The translations under genes were made by a program, and so were the position numbers. A stretch of 64,000 nt of DNA, taken from assembly GCA_050303855.1 (NCBI GenBank), contig JBNLCO010000004.1, positions 7,581-71,580 on the forward strand, written 5' to 3'. Shown piece by piece: positions 43,929 through 54,941 of the stretch. Origin of the DNA: Candidatus Pacearchaeota archaeon (GTDB lineage Archaea > Nanobdellota > Nanobdellia > Pacearchaeales > GW2011-AR1). Each line of letters starts with the position of its first letter. The first letter of the stretch is position 1. The notes under the pieces were generated by a model that worked only from the letters and a program-made list of their open reading frames with translations, was not told the DNA's origin and searched no databases.

Positions 43929-45329
43929 CTATAAAACTTTTTCCATATAGATTTTTTCTTTATCTAACTTATATCCGAGTTTTTTGTAGTATTCTCTAAC
44001 TCCTACCCCTGAGATAACTTTTATTATTTTACAAGAATGATCTTTTGTAATTTTCTCTGCTTCAAACATTAATTGTTTTCCTAGTCCGATATGTTGCGAG
44101 GTTATGCCTTCTCGTCCTTGTTCTTCAAGGTTTAGTGTTTTTCCATAAACGTGTAATTCTCTTACCATTACTTCTTCTGGCTTTTCTGGATTTAATCTTA
44201 GTCTTAATAGTCCGTATAAAACATCCTCTTGGTTTGTTATTTCTAAAAAATATTCTTTTCCTTCGGATGCAGGATATTCAATTGTTTTTAGTTTTAGTGT
44301 GTTTTTTGAATTGTTTAGTTGATTGAAACCTACCTCTCTCATACGGATTTCGTTTATTTTGATTCCTTGTTTCTTTAGGTTTTCTTCGATATCTTTTCTT
44401 ATGTCTAATTTTATTGGTTCAGATCCCAACATTTTTTCTTTTGGTATTTCCCTCATGATTCTCATAATTCTGCAATATTCGGGTATTAGAGGTATTGCTT
44501 TTCTGAGGAAATCTTTTGTTTCTTCTGTGGTGTATGGTTTGAATTTTAGTATTTCATGGGTTTTTGCTAGAGGGGAATCATCAACTATTTGACAAGGATA
44601 TATCTTTAATTGATCGGGTCTGAAATCTTCCGAACTGAATAGTTTTTTGAATAGTTCAAAATCTTTTTCTTTTGTTGAATGAGGCAATCCTGGCATATAA
44701 TGATATCCTACTTTAAATCCTACATTTTTTAGTCTTTTAGTAGCATCAATTACATCTTGGACTGTGTGGCCTCGGTTTATTTTTTTGTAAATTTCATCAT
44801 CTGGTATTTGAACACCAATTTCTACTCTTGTGCAACCAAATTCCAACATTCTTTTAATTTCTTCATTTGAGCAGTTATCTGGACGATTTTCAATACATAG
44901 TGCTACGCATCTGTGTTTTGCGGTTTCGTTTATTTTCTTAGCCTCTTCAAGATCTTTAGATGGTTTTCCATTAAGAGCATCAAAACATCCTTTTATGAAT
45001 TCGTATTGATAGTCTAGTTCGTATTGTAGGAATGTTCCCCCTAAAACAATTATTTCTATTTTATCTGTTGGATGGCCCATTTTTGTTAGCACTTTTAATC
45101 TGTTTAGCACTTGTTCTTTTGGGTCGAATTTTAATGCTAGAGCTCTCATTATTGCTGGACTTTTGTCTGTATAAGATTGTGGAACATGTTCTCCTCCAGG
45201 GCAGTAAATGCAAGTTCCGTGATCACATTTTCTTGGTTTTAGAACTACTGTTAAAGGTGTAACTCCAGATACACTTCTTACTGGTTTTTTAGGAGCTTCT
45301 TTTGGATATGTTTTATTTGAGAGTGCCAT
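43929..45329 (-). CDS. elp3: Elp3-type radical SAM / GNAT tRNA-modification enzyme
   Basis: CDHGTCIYCPGG radical-SAM cluster region and a C-terminal GNAT (QHIGLGKQLMFEAE). Confidence 0.9.
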   Translation of the reverse strand: MALSNKTYPKEAPKKPVRSVSGVTPLTVVLKPRKCDHGTCIYCPGGEHVPQSYTDKSPAIMRALALKFDPKEQVLNRLKVLTKMGHPTDKIEIIVLGGTFLQYELDYQYEFIKGCFDALNGKPSKDLEEAKKINETAKHRCVALCIENRPDNCSNEEIKRMLEFGCTRVEIGVQIPDDEIYKKINRGHTVQDVIDATKRLKNVGFKVGYHYMPGLPHSTKEKDFELFKKLFSSEDFRPDQLKIYPCQIVDDSPLAKTHEILKFKPYTTEETKDFLRKAIPLIPEYCRIMRIMREIPKEKMLGSEPIKLDIRKDIEENLKKQGIKINEIRMREVGFNQLNNSKNTLKLKTIEYPASEGKEYFLEITNQEDVLYGLLRLRLNPEKPEEVMVRELHVYGKTLNLEEQGREGITSQHIGLGKQLMFEAEKITKDHSCKIIKVISGVGVREYYKKLGYKLDKEKIYMEKVL

Positions 45330-45352
45330 ACAAATCTGAGAAAAAGTTGTTA

Positions 45353-46063
45353 TTAAAGCTTAACTGTTGGCACACCGTTCTTCCAATTTTTGTTTGAGTC
45401 GCTTTCTTTTCCAACTATGAAATGGCTTCCAGATTTTAACTTCTCTGCGTTTTTGAGGATATCTATATATTTTTTTGCTACTAAGACTGGAGAGTTTCCA
45501 TGGAATTTAGACATTCCTGTTGCAATACTTCTTGGAGTTACGGCAAAAACCCTTATCTTAGGATATAATTCTTTAGCAAGGGATTCTGTTAACCCTATTA
45601 TTGCAAATTTTGAGGAAGAGTATACTGTTAGATTTGGCTTTCCGAATAATCCGACATCAGAAGAAGCATTTACAATTACTCCTTTTTTAATGTATTTTTC
45701 TGCTAGTTTGCATCCGATAAACTCTCCTCTAACATTAACTTTGAAAACTTGATCAAATTCTTTGTAATCTATATTGCTGATTGGTTTAGATATGAGAATT
45801 CCTGCGTTGTTTATTACCGCGTTAATTTTTTTGAATTTTTGTTTCGTCTTCTTGAAAACATTTTCCATTTGTTTTTCGTTTGAAACATCTGCTTTCATCC
45901 ATATAGCTTTTCCTTCGGAATTATTAATTTCTTCAACAACTTTTGCTGGAGATCTTGATACTGCCACAACTATAGCTTTTTCTTTTGATAATAATGCACA
46001 TATTTCTCTCCCAACCCCTTGTGAAGCCCCAGTTATGATTATAACACTTTCTTTTAACTTCAT
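45353..46063 (-). CDS. short-chain dehydrogenase/reductase
   Basis: ITGASQGVG, NNAG and YSSSKFA. Confidence 0.9.
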   Translation of the reverse strand: MKLKESVIIITGASQGVGREICALLSKEKAIVVAVSRSPAKVVEEINNSEGKAIWMKADVSNEKQMENVFKKTKQKFKKINAVINNAGILISKPISNIDYKEFDQVFKVNVRGEFIGCKLAEKYIKKGVIVNASSDVGLFGKPNLTVYSSSKFAIIGLTESLAKELYPKIRVFAVTPRSIATGMSKFHGNSPVLVAKKYIDILKNAEKLKSGSHFIVGKESDSNKNWKNGVPTVKL

Positions 46064-46141
46064 AAGTTTACTAAATGTTTTACACTTTTATAATTTTTGG
46101 AGAATTGATAAATTTTTAAGTGAAGTTTCTTAATTTATTCT

Positions 46142-46750
46142 ATGGAAAATCAAGAGAAAGTATGGGATGCAATAGCATGTGAATGGGACGAGTTTAAAGA
46201 AATTCCTTCAGAGTTTAGCAAAGAGTTTTTAGATAGTTGTATTGGTAAAGTTTTAGATTTGGGTAGTGGAAGTGGAAGACATCTTACTAAGATTAATAAT
46301 GGGAAGATGTTCCTTGTTGATTTTTCTCGAGAGATGTTAGATCTTGCTGAAAAGAAGGCTAAGAAATTAGGTGTTGATGCTGAGTTTAAGAAAGGGGATT
46401 TATGGGATATTCCTTATGAAGATGATTTCTTTGATTATGGTATTTGTGTTTCTGCTTTGCATTGTATAAATCCAGAATATCATAAGAAAGTTGCTGAAGA
46501 AATTTATCGGGTTTTGAAGACTGGAGGTAAGGCTTTAATTGGTGTTTGGAATTATAATTCTAAGAGGTTTAAGAGCAAGAGGAAAAAAGGTAAAGAGCAA
46601 GAAATTGGGTGGAGAGATAAAGGAAAGAGATATTATTACTTGTTTGAGGAAGATGAAGTTCATAAATTGTTTGAAGAGGCGGGTTTTAATATTGTTAAGG
46701 AAAGAAACTCTGAAATGATGATTAATTTTGTTGTTGAAAAACTTCAGTAA
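46142..46750 (+). CDS. class I SAM-dependent methyltransferase
   Basis: VLDLGSGSGRH (motif I). Confidence 0.85.
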   Translation: MENQEKVWDAIACEWDEFKEIPSEFSKEFLDSCIGKVLDLGSGSGRHLTKINNGKMFLVDFSREMLDLAEKKAKKLGVDAEFKKGDLWDIPYEDDFFDYGICVSALHCINPEYHKKVAEEIYRVLKTGGKALIGVWNYNSKRFKSKRKKGKEQEIGWRDKGKRYYYLFEEDEVHKLFEEAGFNIVKERNSEMMINFVVEKLQ

Positions 46751-46781
46751 TGCTTAAATATACCTTTTTTATTTGTCTTTT

Positions 46782-47042
46782 ATGAGGATAACACCTTTAT
46801 ATAAATTAGCTAAAGATTTGGATGGTTTGGGTGTGGAAGGACCTGAAAGAAGGGTGCTTATTGAGAATTGTTATAGTTGTCTTGGAAGGACTTTGGGTTT
46901 TAATAGTAATTTAAAAGATAACATTAAAGTTGCTTATGAAAAGAACTTATATGGGAAGGATGCGTATAAATTTCTTGAGAAGAAAATAAAGCAGCGTGAT
47001 GAGACCTTTGCACTTAATTTTATTGGAAGTAATTTCTTCTAA
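46782..47042 (+). CDS. hypothetical protein
   Basis: Small ORF. ATG at 46782 lies downstream of the TTG at 46773. Confidence 0.4.
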   Translation: MRITPLYKLAKDLDGLGVEGPERRVLIENCYSCLGRTLGFNSNLKDNIKVAYEKNLYGKDAYKFLEKKIKQRDETFALNFIGSNFF

Positions 47043-47593
47043 TTTTTCTTTTTCATTATTCTTATAAAATCAAAGAATGATTTCTTTTCAAAATTAGTTA
47101 GTTCTTTTGTGTCTAAATTGAATGTTACTTTTAACATTCCTAGGTTTGATAAAAAGATTGTTCCAATTAAGAATGATTGATTGTCTTTGCTTTGTAGGCT
47201 CCATAATATTTTTTCTACTTTGTTTTTTACCTTTTCTTTTTCCATTCTTTCTGTGATTACTTTTTCTAATTCATTAAAATCAAAATCAAAGTTATCCGAT
47301 ATTTTCTCTGGCTTTAGTTCTTTTCCTTCTTCATCTGCCGATTTGGAGAAATTTTCAACGTTAGTCATTTCTATTGGATTTTGATTAAGTTTGAAACTGA
47401 ACATTTTGTTTAATTCTGGTATGAAGAAATCTAAATGTTGTTGATTGTCTGCCTTTGACTGGCTTTCGGGCGAGGTATTTTTCTTGTCTATTGAGAAGAA
47501 TCCTGAGCAGAGGAATGCCGTTGGATTTTCTTTTTTGAACTTTAGAAATTCCTCTGAATCAAACAGCTTTTCTATGTAAAATTGGAAATTCAT
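47039..47593 (-). CDS. hypothetical protein
   Basis: 184-aa ORF. No domain recognised. Confidence 0.45.
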   Translation of the reverse strand: MNFQFYIEKLFDSEEFLKFKKENPTAFLCSGFFSIDKKNTSPESQSKADNQQHLDFFIPELNKMFSFKLNQNPIEMTNVENFSKSADEEGKELKPEKISDNFDFDFNELEKVITERMEKEKVKNKVEKILWSLQSKDNQSFLIGTIFLSNLGMLKVTFNLDTKELTNFEKKSFFDFIRIMKKKN

Positions 47594-47667
47594 AAAAAAA
47601 GGATATTATTCTGATTTATAAGTTTTGGTATATAAATCATTTTAAAGGGGAGATTTGTTGTTGATTT

Positions 47668-48018
47668 ATGGTTAGGCATAAAGAGAAGAGAGTTGTTCGT
47701 GATTCTAGAGAGAACGTTGTTATTACATATTCCAACATTGCTACTGGGAAAATTGTGAGTATCGATAAAGATAAGTTTGTTGTTAAGAGTTCTGTTGACA
47801 AACAAGATAAAGGTTTAGTTGAGATCATGCATGTTATTGAGCGTAATCCCAAAGATTATAGTTATTTCCAACTCCCAGACATAAAATATGATGTTTTATT
47901 GAAATACGAGGATAAAGATGCAAAGTTTGGAAAACATGAAGATGCCTATGATAATCTTCCCGCCCAAATAATCACTCGTAGTGGCAAGCTTCTTTATAGA
48001 AAAAATATAATTGGTTAA
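47668..48018 (+). CDS. hypothetical protein
   Basis: 116-aa ORF. No domain recognised. Confidence 0.45.
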   Translation: MVRHKEKRVVRDSRENVVITYSNIATGKIVSIDKDKFVVKSSVDKQDKGLVEIMHVIERNPKDYSYFQLPDIKYDVLLKYEDKDAKFGKHEDAYDNLPAQIITRSGKLLYRKNIIG

Positions 48019-49727
48019 TTCCTTTCTGAGATTTCTTTATTAATCTTTTCTATGAATTTATTAACTTCTAGAGATTCAAGTTTTCTTTCACCTTTATATC
48101 TTACAGAGACTGAGTTGTTTTCTTCCTCCTTATCTCCTACCAGAATTACCCAAGGGATTTTTAATTCTTCTGCAGATTTAACTTTTGACTGTACTGTTGT
48201 TTGTGAGAAATCTGAGTCAATTCTTATCCCCGGGATTTCTTCTTTTATTTGGTTAAGTATTTTTTCTGATGCTTTTGTATTTCTGTCTGTGAAGTTTAAT
48301 ACTCTTACTTGTATTGGAGCTAACCAAGTTGGAAGTCTCCCGCTAAAGTGTTCCAATACAATTCCCATGAATCTTTCTAGAGATCCGTATATAACTCTGT
48401 GAAGCATTATTGGTCTTTTTTTGGAGTTGTCTTTGTCTATATATTCGAGGTCGAATCTCTCTGGCATTAGGAAATCTAATTGTATTGTTGCACATTGCCA
48501 GGTTCTGTTTAGTGAATCTTTAAGATGGAAATCAATCTTTGGACCGTAGAATGCCCCATCTCCTTTGTTTACTTTGAATTTTATCTTTTTCTTCTCAAGT
48601 GCTTTTTGAAGAGTTCTTTCTGCTAAGTCCCATACCTTTTCTTCTCCTATCCTTTTTTCTGGACGTGTTGAGAGTTCTACTGTGTAATTGAACTCGAATT
48701 TCTTATACATTTTATCTACTAAATCCATTATCCCAAATATTTCATTTTCTATGTCTTCTTCCCTACAAAATAGATGTGCATCGTCTTGGGTAAATTGGAT
48801 AACTCTAAATAATCCTCCTAAAACTCCTGATAATTCTTGTCTATGAACTATTCCTAATTCTCCAACTCTTAATGGGAGGTCTTTGTAAGATTTAGGTGAG
48901 CTTTTGTATACTAACATTCCTCCTGGACAGTTCATAGGTTTTACAGCAAATACTCTTTTTTCATATTCTGTAAGGAAGATGTTGTCCTTATATTTTTCCC
49001 AGTGTCCTGATATTTGCCAGAGTTTTTTATCTAATATTTGAGGGGTTTGAATTTCTTCATAATTGGCTTCTTGGTGTAGTTCTCTCCAGTATTTTATTAG
49101 TTCGTTTCTTATAACAAGTCCGTTGTTGTGCCAAAATACCATTCCGGGAGCAACTTCGTTGAAAGAAAATAGATCCATTTTCTTAGCTAATATTCTATGG
49201 TCGTTATCTTTTAGTTTGGAAGCATCTAATCTAGATTTTGAAATTTCTTTTAGAAGTCTTTTTGGATCGTATTCTTCTGTTACTTCGGGTGTTTCGGTTC
49301 CTTGGACTGTTATCTCTCTAGATAATTCACTTAACGGATGACCTTTTACTTTTAATTCAAATGTTTTGTAATACCCAAATGGTGCTCTAGAGACTTTAAA
49401 TTTCTCTTTTTTTAGTTTTTCTTCAAGAAGATCCAAGATCTTTATTGCTGTTTGTGGGCTTCCAAGGTTTTTCGATAGGTGTGCATAAGGATATAATACA
49501 ATATTCTTTGTCTTTATTTGATCCGATATTGATTTCGTGTTTTTTATGAATTCTTCAATAAATTCTTTTGAAGGGGAATCATCTTTTTCAACTGCTGTAA
49601 GAATTACTAGCGCATCTTCAACTTTTTTCTTTGAAGTATCTTGTTTTTTTAGTTCATCAATGTTTTTTAGGGCTTTTTTCAGTCCTTCCCATTCAATATA
49701 ATCAACATGGAGATTTAGTGTCTTCAT
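48015..49727 (-). CDS. thrS: threonyl-tRNA synthetase (archaeal type with N-terminal editing domain)
   Basis: Class II core FTQDDAHLFC and an anticodon-binding C-terminus. The N-terminal HVDYIEW..IVLYPYAHLS resembles the archaeal DTD-like editing domain. Confidence 0.95.
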   Translation of the reverse strand: MKTLNLHVDYIEWEGLKKALKNIDELKKQDTSKKKVEDALVILTAVEKDDSPSKEFIEEFIKNTKSISDQIKTKNIVLYPYAHLSKNLGSPQTAIKILDLLEEKLKKEKFKVSRAPFGYYKTFELKVKGHPLSELSREITVQGTETPEVTEEYDPKRLLKEISKSRLDASKLKDNDHRILAKKMDLFSFNEVAPGMVFWHNNGLVIRNELIKYWRELHQEANYEEIQTPQILDKKLWQISGHWEKYKDNIFLTEYEKRVFAVKPMNCPGGMLVYKSSPKSYKDLPLRVGELGIVHRQELSGVLGGLFRVIQFTQDDAHLFCREEDIENEIFGIMDLVDKMYKKFEFNYTVELSTRPEKRIGEEKVWDLAERTLQKALEKKKIKFKVNKGDGAFYGPKIDFHLKDSLNRTWQCATIQLDFLMPERFDLEYIDKDNSKKRPIMLHRVIYGSLERFMGIVLEHFSGRLPTWLAPIQVRVLNFTDRNTKASEKILNQIKEEIPGIRIDSDFSQTTVQSKVKSAEELKIPWVILVGDKEEENNSVSVRYKGERKLESLEVNKFIEKINKEISERN

Positions 49728-50063
49728 TCTACTCCTAACTTTAAGATATTTATAAAATTATATCTTTTTTTGGTTTTTTGCTTAGAATGGAAAATCTTGG
49801 CAATAAAATATATAAAGATAAATGTTGATTTGATTACCGAAAATGATCAATAAACAAATTTTATCGGGAGGGGAATTGTAATGGAAGAAGCGGATAGCGA
49901 TAGTCATCAAATTTTTGGAGAATTTGTCTTTAGATGACTATTATTTTAATTTGTTTGTGGTAAGGAGATATTCTCTCAATAATTTTGGAAATTGCTTGTA
50001 AATTCTATTACATAACATTTAAAAAGTGTTACTATGCAGTGATAATATATTAAAGGAGTTAAA

Positions 50064-50666
50064 ATGGGAAAAAATCTATTAAAAATACTTGGAACTGGCT
50101 TACTAGCTGGAGCTTTCACAATTGGAGGTATTAACCCTGTTTCCTCTTACTCTTCTGAGAAATTTATCGATTACAATGAACTAAAAGAGAAAATGTGGGA
50201 CAAAGCAGTTGATGAACAAACCGTAGTTAATCCTTTTGTTCCAAACTACTGTATTCCCTCTAGTCATTGTTCAAGATATGCTAGGTTATCTACCCAAGAA
50301 CTATTTGATAAAAATTATAGGGGAGCAGATGCTTGGGATTTGCAATATAAAAATTCTGTCATAGGTCATTTTGATAGCTTTAAAGAAGTAAAAGATCTTA
50401 TTGCAGAGGGAACTCTCAAGCCGGGTATGCTTATTGGTGCTAAACATCCTGTAAAGAATATTAAGACCTATGGCGATAATGGTTTTGATGCTAGAGGTAA
50501 ACTTATTGAGTATACTCATGTTGTTGCATATTATGGTCTTGATAAGAATGAGACTCCTATTTTCTTGCATCAGTGGGGAAGGAAAAAAGAAATTAGGACT
50601 CAGGAACAACTTAAGGAAGAATACGGTCTTGAATTTGTTGAGATCATAAATGATCGAGAGAAATAG
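50064..50666 (+). CDS. secreted hypothetical protein (possible Cys/His papain-like hydrolase)
   Basis: Signal-like N-terminus. SSHCSRYA and YTHVVAYYG could form a Cys-His pair, which is weak evidence. Confidence 0.4.
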   Translation: MGKNLLKILGTGLLAGAFTIGGINPVSSYSSEKFIDYNELKEKMWDKAVDEQTVVNPFVPNYCIPSSHCSRYARLSTQELFDKNYRGADAWDLQYKNSVIGHFDSFKEVKDLIAEGTLKPGMLIGAKHPVKNIKTYGDNGFDARGKLIEYTHVVAYYGLDKNETPIFLHQWGRKKEIRTQEQLKEEYGLEFVEIINDREK

Positions 50667-50711
50667 TTTTTCCTCACAAATATTTATAAATAAAAGTTCA
50701 TTAATTTTTTG

Positions 50712-52754
50712 ATGGAAAAAAGATGGTTGATGTTGTTTGCAGTTGGAATACTTGTTTTAACGACTTTTAGTGTTTCCGCAGAGGTTATTTTTAATCAGCA
50801 ACCTAAGGATGTTTATAATGTGGGAGATTCAATTACCGTTCCTGTTACAGTTAAGGCACTTTCTGATCTTTCTGGGAATTTGATTTTGACTTTGTTTTGT
50901 GAGGGTAAGCAGGTTAAGTTCTTTGAAAATGGTGTTGATTTGTCTTCGGGGCAGGAAGTAAAGATGTCTGCGGTTTTAAGTAAGGATAAGCTTAATTTCC
51001 CTGCTGATGGGTGTAGGGTTAAGGCGGTTCTTGGAGAGGATTATGTTTTGAGTGATGAGTTTTCTGTTTCTAATCAAATTGTTGTGCAGTCAAAGATAGA
51101 TAAAACTGATTATAACCCTGGGGAGGCTGTTGTGTTTAAAGGAGATGCTTTTAAGAGTAATGGAGAGGGAGCTAATGGTTTTGTTAAATTTACAATTGTT
51201 ACTGGAAATGATACTGCTAATTTAGAGGTTTTAGAGACTGTTAATGAAGGTTATTTTTCTGTGAGTCTTGATTTGCCTTCTGGATTAAGGGCTGGAGCTT
51301 ATTTGGTTAAAGTGGATGTTTATGAACTTAATTCTAAGGAAGAGGAAATAAATAGGGGTTATATGAATTACAATATTAATGTTGCTCAAGTTCCTGCAAG
51401 CCTTGAGATAATATTGGAAAGTGAAGAAGGTATTGTTCCTGGAACACAGGTTAATGCTAGAGCAATACTTCATGACCAGACTGGAGAGGTTATTGCAACA
51501 GATTCAATCCTTACCCTTAAGAGATCCAATAATGAAATTTTAAAACAGGTTGAAGTGGGTCCAGACGAATCTTTGATTTATGATGTCCCTTATAATCATC
51601 CTCCTGCAAATTGGACTATTTTCGCTGTTTCAAATTTATTGGATTCTGAAAAGATATTTTCAGTTATAGAGAAGAGAGATGTTGAAGTTAGTGTTGCTAA
51701 TGGAACTGTTTTGTTTACTAATAAAGGAAATGTTCTCTATAATGATTCTGTTTTGGTTAAGATTGGGGAAAACTCATCTTTGACTGTGGATATAATCCTA
51801 GCTGTTGATGAGTCAATTGAGTATAAGATTAATGCCCCTAACGGAGAGTATTCTGTTGAAGTTATAAGTGACGGTCAAAGTAGGTTTAGTGATACTGTTC
51901 TTTTGACAGGTAAGAGTATTGACCTTAAGGAAGTTAAGAATTTTGGAGTGGGTGTTAGCCCTATTATTTGGGTTTTTGTTATACTTGTTTTAGGATTTGT
52001 TGTTTTATTAACTGTTAAGAAAGGCTATAGAAAAACTTTCTTTGGTAAATTTAAAGGTTTTAAAAAAAAACGTAAATCTTTGAGGCCTTCTAGTGAATCT
52101 AAGCCCTCTAAATCTGGTTTCTTGTTTAATACCAAGAATAGAGCTAAACTTTCTCTTTCGTTAAAAGGCGAGAAACAAGAATCTGCAATTGTTTGCTTTA
52201 GAATTAAGAATATGGATTCTTTGGGTAAGAGTGGCATTAGCGAAACTGTTGGTAAGATCACTGGATATGCTGAAGATAAGAAAGCTATGATTTATGAGAA
52301 TGGGGACTGTGTATTTTTTGTATTCTCTCCTTTGAAAACTAAGACCTTCAAGAATGAGAAGGCTGCAATTTCTTTAGCACAACAAATAGAGGTACTATTG
52401 GCTTATCATAATAAGATCTTTAAGGATAAATTTGATTATGGTCTTTCTATAGACACAGGATATGCGGTTTCTAAGATGAATTCTCAGGGTGAGTTAGAGT
52501 TTGTTACAATGGGCAATTTTATACCTAACTTGAAGAAGATAGCTGCGTTCTCAAAAGGAGAAATTCTTCTTAGTAAAGCTTTCAAAGAGAGATCTGGGAG
52601 TATGGTTAAGACTCAAGATAAGAATATGGATGATGTAAAAGTCTATATGGTTCGGGAAATGAGGGATAGGGAACAATATTCAAAGTTTATTGGAAACTTC
52701 CTTAATAATCTAGAAAAGGATAAGAAGGAAAGAGAAAAGAGAGATAAAAGATAA
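50712..52754 (+). CDS. large single-pass surface protein with cytoplasmic C-terminal domain
   Basis: Signal peptide, a ~400-aa beta-rich ectodomain, TM PIIWVFVILVLGFVVLLTV and a ~240-aa cytoplasmic region. Confidence 0.6.
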   Translation: MEKRWLMLFAVGILVLTTFSVSAEVIFNQQPKDVYNVGDSITVPVTVKALSDLSGNLILTLFCEGKQVKFFENGVDLSSGQEVKMSAVLSKDKLNFPADGCRVKAVLGEDYVLSDEFSVSNQIVVQSKIDKTDYNPGEAVVFKGDAFKSNGEGANGFVKFTIVTGNDTANLEVLETVNEGYFSVSLDLPSGLRAGAYLVKVDVYELNSKEEEINRGYMNYNINVAQVPASLEIILESEEGIVPGTQVNARAILHDQTGEVIATDSILTLKRSNNEILKQVEVGPDESLIYDVPYNHPPANWTIFAVSNLLDSEKIFSVIEKRDVEVSVANGTVLFTNKGNVLYNDSVLVKIGENSSLTVDIILAVDESIEYKINAPNGEYSVEVISDGQSRFSDTVLLTGKSIDLKEVKNFGVGVSPIIWVFVILVLGFVVLLTVKKGYRKTFFGKFKGFKKKRKSLRPSSESKPSKSGFLFNTKNRAKLSLSLKGEKQESAIVCFRIKNMDSLGKSGISETVGKITGYAEDKKAMIYENGDCVFFVFSPLKTKTFKNEKAAISLAQQIEVLLAYHNKIFKDKFDYGLSIDTGYAVSKMNSQGELEFVTMGNFIPNLKKIAAFSKGEILLSKAFKERSGSMVKTQDKNMDDVKVYMVREMRDREQYSKFIGNFLNNLEKDKKEREKRDKR

Positions 52755-53630
52755 TTATTTTTTAGGCTTTGATTTGATATTCTTTTCTAACATTTTTGTT
52801 TTTGTTTCTAGTTGTTTTATTTTGTTCTTGTTGTTTATATTTTCAATCTTTTGACTTATCTTCATTCCTATTCCTGTTAATTTCAAGACTATTCCGGCTG
52901 CTATAACTATTATTCCTGCTATAAACATCCACAAGAATACTTTTGTTGATTCAGAGAAGAATATGTTTACAATGCCCTTTACCAAATCATTTGAGCTTGT
53001 TTCTGATAGTGCTTGGGATATAGGAGATATTATTGCTTTTGCAATTGCTGTTCCTATTCCGGTTAGTTTCAGTATTATGAAAGAAGATGCTATTGAAAGA
53101 GAACCAGCAATGATTAACCCGTTTGATTTTTTCTCAGCTAAGAGAATAAGTAACGCCGTTAGTATTATTATTGCTAAGAATGTTTTGTAGAATGAACCTT
53201 TCCAATAGTTTTTTGCGTGAAGTGATATTAAAAAGAAAGGAGTATCTGATTCTTTAAAACAATCTGCAAATTTACAGTTGTATTCTTTATAATAAAAATC
53301 TTTAATGAAATAATCTATGGAGTAGCTTATTATACTTTCTTCACCAAGATATACTGTTTCACAGGGGATTGCTAATGTGAAATTTCCTAGATCTTTTACT
53401 ATTTCTGTTCCATTTTGGCATACTGTTTTTGATAGATCCGTTAATTGAGGAACAATATTTTGTGTTCCTATTTGGTCTTCAACAAATTGCGTTGCTAAAG
53501 GGTTAATGTTCTTTTGGACGTTTTCGAACGTTAAGGAGTTATTTAATGTTGCAAAAGTTCCTGCTGAAATTAATATTAAAAATAATGCTACTGAACATAT
53601 TACAATTCCAAAGCCCCTTAGTACACCCAT
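52755..53630 (-). CDS. hypothetical multi-pass membrane protein
   Basis: N-terminal TM, a Cys-containing ectodomain and a cluster of C-terminal helices. Confidence 0.55.
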   Translation of the reverse strand: MGVLRGFGIVICSVALFLILISAGTFATLNNSLTFENVQKNINPLATQFVEDQIGTQNIVPQLTDLSKTVCQNGTEIVKDLGNFTLAIPCETVYLGEESIISYSIDYFIKDFYYKEYNCKFADCFKESDTPFFLISLHAKNYWKGSFYKTFLAIIILTALLILLAEKKSNGLIIAGSLSIASSFIILKLTGIGTAIAKAIISPISQALSETSSNDLVKGIVNIFFSESTKVFLWMFIAGIIVIAAGIVLKLTGIGMKISQKIENINNKNKIKQLETKTKMLEKNIKSKPKK

Positions 53631-53662
53631 TTTAATAGAGGGATGTTTGATGAGTTTTTAAA

Positions 53663-54907
53663 TTATTTGGAGATTATTCCTTTCCCTTTTAGATAATATC
53701 TTATAAACTTGGGAAGAACTCTAAAATTGAATACACCGCTTGAGATAACTTTATTTATTTCAACGATGTTCTTATTGTAATTTTCTTCTCCTATCTCTTC
53801 TTTTATTTCGTTTAATATTTTCTTTAATATTTTTAATCCAAGAGGATATGTCGCATCTCTTAACGCAGAGAAAGGGGTTAGATTTGATTGAGAATATAGT
53901 ATTGCAAGCCCATGGTTGTTTGTTATTTTCTTGAATTCTTCATTTTGATTGAAATCATTTTGCTCTATCTTCTTCAATCCAAGATATTTGTAGTAAGAAC
54001 TAAAATTTGCTATTTCGTTTTCTGTTTCTGAGAATATTCTTTGAGTTATGTAATCGTCAATTATATTGTATTTTTCTTTGAATTTTTTCATGAAGTCTAT
54101 TGATTCTTTTTCTGATAACTGAGAAACTCCTTCAAAATGTACATGTAATGGTTCAATTGAAGTGTTTATTGAATTGTCTTGCATAGCTAATGGAAAATCT
54201 TTTGAATATATTTCATGTCTACCGTGACCTATTAATTCGTGGAACATAACTTGGATAACTGCTGTTACGTTCATTTTTAGTTCGTTATCCTCCTTGTATA
54301 TGAAAAATGCTCCTGGTGAGATTTCCATTCTTCTGTTTGTAGGGTGGAAGAAGGTCCTTTGAGAGTAAGGCTGTCCTAAAACTAGGTCAAAATCATAGTC
54401 CTCTGGGAATCCATAGTATTTTGTTGCATACTCCAGTATATCCTTTTTTAGTTCATTTAAGGTTTCTCTCATTTTCTCCCTTATATTTTCATCATCTACT
54501 GGAATGCTTTTATGGGCGTATTCTTGATATGATAAGTAATAGTCCCATAATTTTTTGTAATCAAAATTCTTTATGTTTTCTCTTAAAATATCAAGTGATT
54601 CTTCTCCAAGTATTTCTTTAAATAATTCTTCTGCATTTATCCCTCCTTTTGAGAAATACTCCAAGAATATTTTCTGAGATTTCAAATTGTAAGTTGAATT
54701 TTCAATGAATATTGCTTCAAATTCATCATCCGTTTCAATTTTCTCTAGTTTTCCTAGAAGATCATTTGCTATTTTTAGGAATTCTTCCACTGCGTAGAAA
54801 TTTGGGAAATTTCCTAATGAACGTCCTGCTAAACTATAGAATTTGTTTGCATTGAATATTTCTTCATCCAGTTTTATTAATTCGGGGTTTTTTAGCTCAG
54901 TTTTCAT
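53663..54907 (-). CDS. putative HExxH metallopeptidase
   Basis: MFHELIGHGRHE is the only recognisable motif. Confidence 0.5.
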   Translation of the reverse strand: MKTELKNPELIKLDEEIFNANKFYSLAGRSLGNFPNFYAVEEFLKIANDLLGKLEKIETDDEFEAIFIENSTYNLKSQKIFLEYFSKGGINAEELFKEILGEESLDILRENIKNFDYKKLWDYYLSYQEYAHKSIPVDDENIREKMRETLNELKKDILEYATKYYGFPEDYDFDLVLGQPYSQRTFFHPTNRRMEISPGAFFIYKEDNELKMNVTAVIQVMFHELIGHGRHEIYSKDFPLAMQDNSINTSIEPLHVHFEGVSQLSEKESIDFMKKFKEKYNIIDDYITQRIFSETENEIANFSSYYKYLGLKKIEQNDFNQNEEFKKITNNHGLAILYSQSNLTPFSALRDATYPLGLKILKKILNEIKEEIGEENYNKNIVEINKVISSGVFNFRVLPKFIRYYLKGKGIISK

Positions 54908-54941
54908 AGAATTCTTTTGTTCTGGGGGTTTTTAAGATTTT

